A stretch of 60,129 bases of DNA, the filler included, from Globobulimina sp. (taxonomy: Eukaryota), in the NCBI GenBank assembly GCA_003354225.1. It is 13 parts of 13 records of this genome, joined end to end, with 100 filler letters (N's around TTAATTAATTAA, not from the genome) between each part and the next. Parts side by side here need not be neighbours in the genome. Positions count along the whole stretch, not along the records: positions 32,448 to 36,979 come from PIVH01001158.1; positions 37,080 to 41,611 come from PIVH01001159.1; positions 41,712 to 46,242 come from PIVH01001160.1; 10 more parts are not named here. One strand, given 5' to 3'. Each line of letters starts with the position of its first letter. Position 1 is the stretch's first letter. A model generated the notes under the pieces. It was given only the letters and a program-made list of their open reading frames with translations. It was not told the DNA's origin and made no database searches. This document shows positions 35,932 to 46,342 of the stretch, piece by piece. Position numbers and translations under genes: made by a program.

Positions 35932-36979
35932 GATGCCAAATATAAAAAACAGAATGCGCACGATTGGAACTGCCATGACTTTTCTAAATGGTTGTGGTTT
36001 TTGGATGGCTAGCTCGCTTCGAAAAAAAGTTCTTTTGGACGCTGAAAAATTGATTGTAGACAGAAAAGGAGCAAAAAAACTTTATGGGAAAGGAATGAGT
36101 AACATAAAAATTCAAAAGAAACCAAAGTGTATTTATGCACCAAAAAAACCACATTCTGCATATTTTATTTTTTCCAATCAACGACGACCAATTTTACAAC
36201 AAAAACATGTCAATAAATTTGATATGGTGGATATGATAAATGTAGAATGGAAATCCTTATCAAATTCAGAAAAGCAAAACTATGAAATTCAAGCAGCAGA
36301 ATTGCAAACTAAATATGAAACAGAATTAAGTGAATATAAAATGAGTAATGAATATAAAAACTATCAAAAAAAATTAAAACAATGGAAATCTGATCAAAAT
36401 TTAATCAAAAATAAATCAAAAACCAATCAATCACTGATAAAGAATGGATATGTATATGTTTATCGGAATAAAATTGGTTCAACAAAATATCCACGACATA
36501 GAATTGCTGTCTATCAAACCATGGAAATAGATAAAATAAAATATGATGCAGTTTTTCTGATTGATAAAAACCACAAAATAGATTGTTATTCCATTGATGA
36601 ACAAATTAAGAATGACAAAAAAAGAAAATTTAAACGATTTTTGGAAATTGGACATGATGGAGGACATGAATTATACCAACATTCTAAAAATAAAACATTA
36701 ACTGATGATATTATACAATGGTTAAATATAAATAATATTCAATATAAACGTGGTTCAAATGAACCAACGGATTATCCACAATGTTATGGGAAGTATAAAA
36801 CAGAAAAGCAATTAAAAGATGAACAATATGAACAATATATTGATGGATATGAATCATATATTTTAATAACAAAAGGAATTTATGATGATGAGATTAAAAA
36901 ATTAGATGATTCAAAAAATGGTTTATTTGAATTAATTTGGGAGGGCCAGGCAAAGAAAACGATTCATGACAATACAGTA
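35932..36979 (+). CDS. HMG-box protein, 3' truncated
   Basis: APKKPHSAYFIFSNQRRP...EWKSLSNSEKQNYE..A......YE.ELSEYK. Confidence 0.8.
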
Positions 36980-37079
36980 NNNNNNNNNNNNNNNNNNNNN
37001 NNNNNNNNNNNNNNNNNNNNNNNTTAATTAATTAANNNNNNNNNNNNNNNNNNNNNNNNNNNNNNNNNNNNNNNNNNNN

Positions 37080-37382
37080 TGTATTTGGTTTAAATTTGGT
37101 TGAATGAGGATGATACTTTAATTCCCATTCATTGTTTCTTGTTCTTAACCAATAGTCATTTTTCAATAATGTATAATTCTTTGTGTCTTAGAAGAAATAT
37201 AATGAATAGTAATTTAAATTATAATCAATAAACAATCATAAAATAATAGTTACGTGTTACTGTTACGTACCAAAGTATGTGTCATGTTGCTTAATTTGTT
37301 TAAACAGCTTTGCGCCTAAACTCTTCAATGTATTCTCTATATTTGGAGGAAGCAAAAACGCTCGTTCTATTTCAATGAGCAT
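37080..37382 (-). CDS. Thiamine-triphosphatase-like CYTH/triphosphate tunnel enzyme; intron 37187-37270, 3' truncated (not in the ORF track)
   Basis: Spliced translation MLIEIERAFLLPPNIENTLKSLGAKLFKQIKQHDTYF|DTKNYTLLKNDYWLRTRNNEWELK parallels animal THTPA (IEVERKF...LGG...DTYYDT...L...D.WLR.R....WELK). Confidence 0.8.
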
Positions 37383-37487
37383 TATGCAAAGTAAGCTGTT
37401 TTTCAGTAACTAAAAATAAAAGTGTTTGTGAAAAAAGATTCATACAATATAATATAATAAAAGAAGTCAAATGTAAATAAACATTTA

Positions 37488-40400
37488 TTACAAGAAATGA
37501 TAGGAGTTATATAATAAATGGTGTGGATGTTTTTGTGGTAATGTTTGACAATATTGTTGTGCGATTTTCTGCGCATATTTAATCGGCGCCGGTACCCGTG
37601 TCGGACCAGGCCAATTAAAATACAATGTACACAAAGCATTGGTAAAATGCATTAAATCCATCTCGCCCTCTCCATTCTCATCAGACAGCGCCAAATCGTC
37701 CGCAATCACAATACATCGCGTCGGTATAGCCACACATTTTGGTGGCGGCTTACTTGGAACCAAATAAAAATCCCAAAATTGATTACTTACAACAACATCG
37801 TTAATAGCCGTACCAGGCGGAGCAGATTGCAAATTATTACTAATTAAAAATCGCGCATTCACCCGTTTCTGCACCGCAATAAATTCCAATTTCATACTAT
37901 GATTATGCACCAATAGCATCTGCGCCATAACCTCTCTAAACGCTGCCAATTCCACGTTATAACATTCCTCAATTTGTGTCTCCGATATTCCATCCCGAAA
38001 CACAACAATCTGTGTCGGATAGCACGCATTTATTTTATGAAAATTATCCAACGACTGTTCGATCACCGGCTTCAAATCATGCTTCGCAATGTATCCATTC
38101 CCTTGTTTCTGGTGAATAACTAAACTGAAATACCGCACAAAATCCCGATCAAAACTGGCCGCAAATCCCACCACCGACGCATTACATTTCTGCGCGTGAT
38201 TTATGTTCACACCTACTATCATAGTCGGTGTATGTACCACATCCAGCCGTTTGAACGGTAAATTGAACTCAATCTTCCATGGAATACTGCCCAACTTCAC
38301 CAACAACTGCCGCAATACACCAGTAATCACATGATTTTTCGACGTGTGCTTCGCCAAAATGCATTGCGATAAAATCGCTCGCTCCGTAGAACAAACCTGT
38401 TTAATTTGTTGATAAATCCGATCCGTGATCCTCTGCGCAACGCGCGACGGTATGATCGCAATCAAACACCGCAACAACTGGCCACTCCCTCCACGCCGAT
38501 TCCTCTCATTAATATCATCAATGGCTTGCCCCAATGTATTCTTCCATGTCCATTTATCATTATTTGCAATCCGAATATATTGACAAGTATGCTCATTGAT
38601 GGCTTGTTCGAAGCCTCCATCCCCGGCATACACTTTCAACGAAGATATAAACGGTGCCACCGACTCCTCCTCCTCTGCATTGTACGCAATCGCCCAATGT
38701 TTGATGGGATGTCCCTTCTCAACGAACGTGCATTTCTTCCAATCAAACTGCAACATTTCCGGCCCTGTCTTCATAAAATCCATTTTGCTGCGCCGTAACA
38801 ATATATTTGGACACACCAACACCTGTCCCCCTATACAGTCCGTCTCCGCTTTGGGAATCTCAATGAATTTGCGTAGATCCTGGTTTTTGACGGTCAACCG
38901 TTGGAACTGCCGCACCAATTTATTCGTAGACTTCATGCGGTAGAAAGCCGGGATCTTGGTCGCCTTCGAGATGCTGGTGGTCACATTGCGTTGGTTGCGG
39001 TGTTCCGGCGACACGCCGGTTAAGCAGCAGATTTCCGGCGGGATGAATTGAACCTGCTGCCGTTGCTCGTTCTTTTTCAACTTGCTGTAATGGATAATAA
39101 TGCCGAAGTCCTCGCATTTTAAGTCGACGGTGTATTGCTGCAACCAGTGGTCTTTTATGGTTATATTGTCCGGGTTGTTGGGTATGGCACTGTTTATGTT
39201 CAGGTCCCAGTCGATGCGGTCCACGCGATATAATTTGGCATTGGTGAATAATTGGATGTGCCGATTGTATAACTTCTCTTCGGTGAGGCGGTGGATGGCG
39301 TTGTCGATCCACTGTCGCGGCCGGTTATTGTTTTGCTGGTCCTTTTCGATTTCACTGCGGTACGAGTCCATCAGTTCCTGCACGGTGCGGTCTTCCAACA
39401 AACGATGACAAGTATCGATGCCGAGGCGGACGCCACTTACCGTGGTCTCCAAACTTGTGCGATAACCGCTAACCAATCAGAAACATATGTTATTACACTG
39501 CACCAATCAAAAAACAAATATGTAGTACTAAACGGCAGTAAACTCAAATTCTTGGGGAATTTGTGAGAGGTGCCATGTATGGGGATCCTCGCTTGTTTGT
39601 TCATGTCGAAATGGCCGCGTCCAAAGCGCTGCAAACCGGATGTGAGCAGTAAACGTTTCAGCAATATGCCTTGTATGTTTTTTTTGTATTGCAACTCCAA
39701 GTCTTGTACACGTAATTTCTGCCCGAATTTCAATACAATGGACTTGTGATCGGCATAATAGAATCGATGGGATGGCTTTACCTCTCGTTCGGCCCATACC
39801 CGCGTATTGTCACCGATATGAGTACCGTAAATGGCACGGATCTCTTTGTCACAATGGTCAATGGCTTTGCGGCGAATAATCTTCGCGTCTTCGGCCACGG
39901 GCGGAATGAATTCAATGTCGTATTTGATTATGGTATCGCAGAGGAACTTGATATTGGTGCTGTTTGATTTTAAATTGATGGGGAATATTTTGGATGTGCT
40001 GGGGTTGTTGGCGTCGTTTATAAATGGTCGACCCGGTCTTTTGGGCAGTTTTGACGATATACGTTGCAATGAATGGGGATCTGCAGTGATTTCACGGCGT
40101 CGATTAGGACCGCGGTAATGAGCTTGTTCTGATTGGGTATGGTTATTATTTCGAGCTTTGTTTCTGCCGTTGTTTGGCGAATGTCGCTGTTGATATTGGT
40201 AATTGTTTTGTGGTTGCTCGGAGTGAGCATAGCGGGCACGATTAGGGTTTGCGGATTTTTGTTCATGTTCTTTCTGTGTAATATAATCAGAAAAATAATG
40301 TTTTTCGTGTGTGGGATGACAGGTTTTTAACTTGTAATTCGTGTTGGACATATTGAGGGTAATCGTATGGAGGTTGGTGATATTGAGAACTACGGGATTG

Positions 40401-40934
40401 TGGTGGTGGAGCATATGGGTTTTTGTTACTGGTGTTTGGGGATTGAGGTTGGGAATAATTGGTACTTGGTGGGTTTTGTCTGGGTTTCTGTGATGTTTGT
40501 GAGGGATTATTGTTATTGCTATTGTTATATGGATGCGGTGGATTGCTTTGCGAAACGGAGGTTGGCGGAGCTACTCGCCGCTTAATATGATTGTAGTTAT
40601 TATTGCGTGGCTGTGCGCGGGATGGGCCATAAAAGGAGTTTTCTTCATCGTCATTGTCGTGATCATTGTTGTTGTTATTGTTTGATTGGTAATGAGATTG
40701 ATGGTTATTATTATTGTTGAGGTTTGAAGGCGGTCGATGAGATACATTGGGCGGAGGGTCATCATCAAATAATTCTGGACGATATGAGGTTATTGATGCA
40801 GTTGATTTAATTCCAATTGCATTATTACGGGCTGATGAATATTCTGTTTGGTTTGTATGTTGTGTATGTGTTTGGTTTTATTGTTGTGGGAATAACCGGA
40901 ATATAATTGGATCGATGAAGACGTAACTGCTCAT
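37488..40934 (-). CDS. PIWI-clade Argonaute (N-L1-PAZ-MID-PIWI), about 1079 aa; exons 40934-40928, 40843-40332, 40273-39534, 39468-37488
   Basis: PAZ (LYRVDRIDWDLN...FIPPEICCLTG), MID (YQQIK..C......SQCI...KLG), PIWI (FRDGISE, VQKRVNARF, PPGT, DFYLV, LYFNWPGPTRVPAP, C-terminal YHFL). The proposed exons sum to 3240 nt in frame; the first two exons are less certain. Confidence 0.92.
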
Positions 40935-41116
40935 TGTATCTAATTTGTTGATTTTCACAGGTTTGTAAACAGTCTGACTGAAGCAGAGCGAGGGTTGGTT
41001 GACATGTGGTTTTGGTGTAAATGCAAAAAGCTTTAGTTACTAACTAAATCATAAACCAATCCTCACAAATCATAATTCCAACCTCACAAATTTTGTGATT
41101 TTTGGTGTTGCTCGAA

Positions 41117-41611
41117 ATGGGCTCTTTAAGCTTGTATTTATGTATGCTGTTATTATGCGAAATTATGTTTGCCGCTAAAAAGGGATTATCTTTTTTTGGA
41201 CATGATTTGTCATCAAAACATAAATTAAGATTGGACACGGCAATTATTTCCGGCAATAATGAGCAAACCAGACGCAATCTATTAACCTATCCAGTGACAT
41301 TAACTATATCCCCATCAGAATTAACAACACCAAATGGATTCGAAACAATACAAATAAAGTGGCAGCACGCAACAATGGCAACATATAAGGATTGGATAGG
41401 TATTTATGCACCAATCAATTCATCAGACCTCGATTACGTAGATTTCTTTGATACATACGCTGCGAGTAATCGAATGCAGGAACACCGCATCTGGAATATG
41501 CGAGATAATTTTCAGTGTCGCTACTTTACATACAAGTATACAACGGACACGTATGAATTGAAAGGAGTTTCAAATACTGCCACAGTGATCCCACACCATA
41601 TACTCGGTGAT
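41117..41611 (+). CDS. Purple acid phosphatase / nucleotide phosphodiesterase-like protein, N-terminal FN3 region; 3' truncated
   Basis: Signal peptide, then LTISP..L......I.IKW......KDWIGIYAP...NMRDNFQCRYF.........SN (fn3_PAP-like). The catalytic domain is not in the window. Confidence 0.6.
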
Positions 41612-41711
41612 NNNNNNNNNNNNNNNNNNNNNNNNNNNNNNNNNNNNNNNNNNNNTTAATTAATTAANNNNNNNNNNNNNNNNNNNNNNNNNNNNNNNNN
41701 NNNNNNNNNNN

Positions 41712-42321
41712 TTTTTCTTTTCATTCGTCAAAGCCTCCCAATCACTCATTAAATCTTTCAATTTCTCACTAAAACTCGCACTTTTTTCCTTAAATTTCGT
41801 TTCTTCTTTTTTTGTGATTGACGAATGTAATAATTATTATTTGTGTCACTCTCGCTGCTCTCGTTCTCACTTTCCGATATCGATTCTTTGCGTTTTCGTT
41901 TTTTGCCTCGCTTTGACTTTTGTGAGGATTTGGTCGTGACAGACAAGGACTGCTCAGATTGCTCAGATTCATTTTCATCACTGCCACACTCACTCGAATG
42001 ACTCGAGTTTGTTTTATTATTTCCATTCATTTCAATGTCCAATGACTCATTATTCGAAAACGTCTCCTCATCGCTGCCATTATTATTAGTATTGCGTTTT
42101 ATGACTTCTTTCTTATTTGATTTGGCTCTTTTCCGTTGATTTCCATATGTTTTCAATTTTTTACGTTTGCGTTTGGTGCTATCATTATTCGAATTGAGTG
42201 TCTTTACCAGACCTGAAAATGAGTCATTTCCATTGTCACTGTATGGATCATTTATCAGAGATTTTCTCTTTGTTTTCAAACGTCGACGGGATCGAGTTTC
42301 GTATTGTCCCCCAGTTGCCAT
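41712..42321 (-). CDS. N-terminal K/R/S/E-rich low-complexity part of a probable nuclear protein, truncated
   Basis: NLS-like basic clusters and acidic Ser tracts; coding seems to continue in another frame to the contig end. Confidence 0.5.
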
Positions 42322-42472
42322 GAACGTAACGCGAATTAAGTTGAAAATCATCTTAATGTCCGCCAGTAAAGGTGTTGATGGATTAATTGACTTACAAAAC
42401 TAGATTTTTTCGAATATATTAATTGGTATGGTACTGTTACACAAACAATACCAAATCACTTTTTATGTATAT

Positions 42473-43837
42473 TCACTCAGAGTAGTAATCATAATCAAAT
42501 CCAACGGATGTGTTAGTCATGGTTGAGTCAGACGACACCCTGCTCCGCGTATAATACCTATCTGTCCCATTCGGAATCAGTGTTTTACATCCAGTGTCCC
42601 CTGTTCCAGTTACGTTTCCATTCTTCACATTCACATGCATTGACAAACCTTTAATATATTTACTATTTCTTCTCACAAAACACTGAAATAATGCTTTATG
42701 GCAACACTTACAACATTTATAATAATAGCACTTATGACAGAAATTGAAATTTAATATCATCAGCAGAGCATCAATGGTAGCTATCACAGCCCTGCCACAG
42801 TATGTAATACCAACAGAATCACTGTCAGCCAAGCTATCATTCCCTGTTATGTACCCATACAAATAATAATATATCAGAAACAGCGAATATAACATATTAC
42901 ACAGTATTGCCATCAATGTTAGTAACGTTAATCGTGTGACTATCGTGGTCAGTGTGACCTGTCTATTATCCATCAAAGACCATGACACTTCTGTTATTCC
43001 ATCGTAATCTCGTACCTCCACTGATTGTTTCGCTGATAATGTCGGGAAATTATCAAAACTGAAACTATGTCCATCAGTACCAGTACCAGTGCCAGTCCCA
43101 ATACTGCGCGTCAAATGTTCGCTTTCATTCGTTGCATTTTTGGTGCTTTCATATTGTTGGGTCCCTTCCCGTCTGTGACCAGTTCCATCATCGAAATCCT
43201 GTCCATCAATTGTGTATGTTTTATTGACAATGACTTTATTCATTCTCTGTATGAACAGACACAGAACAGAAATGTTTAATATGAAATCGAACAGCACAAA
43301 TGAGATGAGTGAGAAGGAATCCAAATCTTGGAATTTATCCATGGCGTCTTCATTCAAGTAACCCGAGACCAGTATCATTGCACAACTTGCATAACAGACA
43401 CTGGTCACTATAAATAAGTAGAATATAGTGCACTTTGTCAATCGATATAATGTATTGACAAATGTTATGTATAACCGAGCAAGGATCATAAAATAGAAAG
43501 AACAGTAGGTTATAAAGTAGGCAATATCCGCTGCCATTCTGTTGATATTGTCTGTGGTGGTGCAGCTGTTGTCCGATGTGAGTAAACAAACTGTGACATG
43601 CATTAGGTCGTTTAAACATCCGATATTTGCACTGGTGATAAGAGCTAATGCAATAAAAACGATGGTCATTTTGGCTTTATGGTTGTTGCGTTTAGGCATT
43701 TTTTTGCTTTTTGAACGTCTTTTTCTTGATTTGCGACAAAGTTCATATGTAATGATAAATAATAGTATTGCATTGAAAATTTCCCATGTAAACAGCAAAG
43801 AAATTGTGACGTAGAAAGCATTGAATTTGAGTGCCAT
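42473..43837 (-). CDS. 7TM (GPCR-like) membrane protein with a long third intracellular loop
   Basis: Five hydrophobic helices, a polar loop of about 100 aa, two more helices, and a Cys-rich tail (CHKCYYYKCCKCCH). Confidence 0.75.
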   Translation of the reverse strand: MALKFNAFYVTISLLFTWEIFNAILLFIITYELCRKSRKRRSKSKKMPKRNNHKAKMTIVFIALALITSANIGCLNDLMHVTVCLLTSDNSCTTTDNINRMAADIAYFITYCSFYFMILARLYITFVNTLYRLTKCTIFYLFIVTSVCYASCAMILVSGYLNEDAMDKFQDLDSFSLISFVLFDFILNISVLCLFIQRMNKVIVNKTYTIDGQDFDDGTGHRREGTQQYESTKNATNESEHLTRSIGTGTGTGTDGHSFSFDNFPTLSAKQSVEVRDYDGITEVSWSLMDNRQVTLTTIVTRLTLLTLMAILCNMLYSLFLIYYYLYGYITGNDSLADSDSVGITYCGRAVIATIDALLMILNFNFCHKCYYYKCCKCCHKALFQCFVRRNSKYIKGLSMHVNVKNGNVTGTGDTGCKTLIPNGTDRYYTRSRVSSDSTMTNTSVGFDYDYYSE

Positions 43838-44048
43838 TATTTAGCGAGCAAGAGTTTTCAACGTATATACAACAACACTTGAACTGGGTTTTGATTCTAG
43901 GTAGTACATTTGTCGATTGTACTGTGTTTGACATTTGTGTAACGATCAGAACTCAAGAATCAAAATATTTCCATCAATCAACTGAATTAAATCATTTGAA
44001 CACTATTTAATGGGCAGTGTTACAAATATCAATGTTTTTAGTTTTGCA

Positions 44049-45388
44049 TCAATTAATTGCCGGCACCTTTCCATGATGCAACAACTGTGCGTTATGTCCA
44101 AAGGTAGGAGAACCACCACTTCCACCAGAGTGTTCTGATATTTTTTTTACAATATCAATTACTTGCTGCTCTGCTTGAACATTCATCAATTTATCCATAA
44201 CAGTTCTTGCCGCTTTATTCACGGGATTCAGCACATAAATATTCACTGACACATGTAATTCATGACGTTTACATCCACCAAGACAGCAACTAATTCCATA
44301 ATCTTCCTTTGCATATGATGCAATAAACCAATAATAAGTCCCATTAACCTGATGACATTTCAACGACTTTTTCTCATCATTTGCTGACTGCCATTCAAAT
44401 TCCCATAACCAATTCTCTACTTGTCCCACAATATCAACTAACCCAACAACGTCCCCAAGTGCCATCTGAACAGCAAGCTTTGTAATTCGCGCTATCTCTC
44501 CAATTGCTAACGCAATGCTTTTGCCTTCTGCTGTACGAGTACATGAAGTGTGTCTCAACTCTTTAAATCGTGCTTTGCCATTCCAGATTTCGAGCTCACA
44601 CTCCACATCTTGTGCGTCATTGAGCAGACTTGACAACAAACCAGTTTGTTGCTGTGTTTTTCCAATTTGCACGTATGGTTGTCCTGCATATTCAGGGTTT
44701 TTTCTGGTGTAAAAATAACAAGGTTCTTGTGGCATTGGCTCTAAATGACGACCACTTGAACGTATCTCTTCCATCAGTCCATGAGATGTGATGTGCTTCA
44801 TTTCAAAAAATGTGTAAATAATGTTCACTTTGCACGCGAGTCCTGATTTTTTAAATTCAATTTGTGCATCAATGTAACGATACAAAGATGTGCCAACTTT
44901 TTCAGAACGATCACGTTTTGCAATGCAAAGCTCTCCTGGTACCAACCAATCGTTGAATACTTTGAACGTGGTATCACCGTCACGTCTCCAGATGTTGTAC
45001 AACTCATCCAGTATGTTATCTTTCCAGTGTAAGAGGGCATCTATGGAGTATATTATGAATAAAATTTATGTACGTTTATGTATATTTCCAAAAGCATAAA
45101 TAACATACCAAAACCTGGAGGACCATAACCTGTTACTAATCGGACCGTTCCAGGCACGGGGGGTGTGGTTCCAGGGATAAAAAAATCCCACTTGTTTCTT
45201 GAGAATCTTGACCAACAATTCACTGATGTACTTACATGTTTCTCAACATCCCATTTTGGAACTAATTCTTTTTCGCATCCTGGTGTACACCATTTCAAAT
45301 GCCTCGTCTCAACTATTTCATCGTCGTAGACGGAATGACCACAATGGATTATAAAAAGAACCAATGACTGTAATACGAGTGAAATCAT
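44049..45388 (-). CDS. Hypothetical secreted protein, 2 exons (intron 45041-45108)
   Basis: Signal peptide MISLVLQSLVLFIIHCGHS. A GTATGT...TAG intron joins PPGF|DALLHWKDN in frame with 44049..45002. Confidence 0.7.
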
Positions 45389-45914
45389 ATCGTAATTCTT
45401 AACACGCCTAATTGATTATTCCAGTGAATGTACCGTAAGCTTAATTGACGACGGAATGTTTTGAAGTTTTGAAGTTTGAAGTTTGAAGTTTTGTAATCTC
45501 CGAACTGCGAATATCCGAAAATATTCAAGATATGCACGATACGCCGAACATGTGCAGCTGCGAATAACAATCTCAACAAAATTGTTTGTGCTTGAGTAAA
45601 CTTCACTGAAAAACCAGGCAAACAATTATCGAAAATTAAACCATGAACAACTTCAAACTCATTGATTTAAATTTCCGCAACTGAGCACTAAATTCTTGGT
45701 GTCACATCATGACACAAAATCCAAATTGCGTTAAAATTTCAGTTTGAAACTGAATTTTGGAATTTTCATATAAAAATATACCATTACACATATTAAACAT
45801 AACGGATTACCAATACGACCATTCATTACTGTAGTAATGCACCTAAATCAGAAATAAGTGGATATATTGTGCGTTTTGTTTTCCCTGTCCGCTTTTTACA
45901 AGTGCTCTGGTTGT

Positions 45915-46242
45915 AAATTGTGCCGTTGTCTGGTGCCCTTTGGTCGAAAATTGTGCCGTTGTCATGTGCAAGGGTCGATTTTGTTTTCTTGTTTCACGGA
46001 ATTGTCGTATAACAAACTTGTGCCAGGTCCAAATTGTGCCAGGTCCAATGGGTTTTTTAGTGCCCTTTGTTCAAAAATTTGTGCCCTGTCCACTATTTGT
46101 ATAACGTTTGTATACATTTTTACAAAGTGCCCTCTGTCTGTTTGTATACCGTTTAACCCCTGTCCAAATATGTATTTTCTGGGTACATAGATAGGGGCAA
46201 GTGACCAGGGCAACATGAGTGAGGTAATACGCAACCAGGGCA
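45915..46242. repeat. Cluster of short GTGCC-core repeats, possibly a transposon subterminal region
   Basis: AAATTGTGCCGTTGTC x2, TTGTGCCAGGTCCAA x2, GTGCCCT several times, and ACCAGGGCA x2 at the contig end. Confidence 0.5.
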
Positions 46243-46342
46243 NNNNNNNNNNNNNNNNNNNNNNNNNNNNNNNNNNNNNNNNNNNNTTAATTAATTAANN
46301 NNNNNNNNNNNNNNNNNNNNNNNNNNNNNNNNNNNNNNNNNN

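Noticed and set aside
45455-45492. TTTGAAG tandem repeats as telomeric repeats
   Set aside because: Only about four imperfect internal copies upstream of a gene; an ordinary microsatellite.
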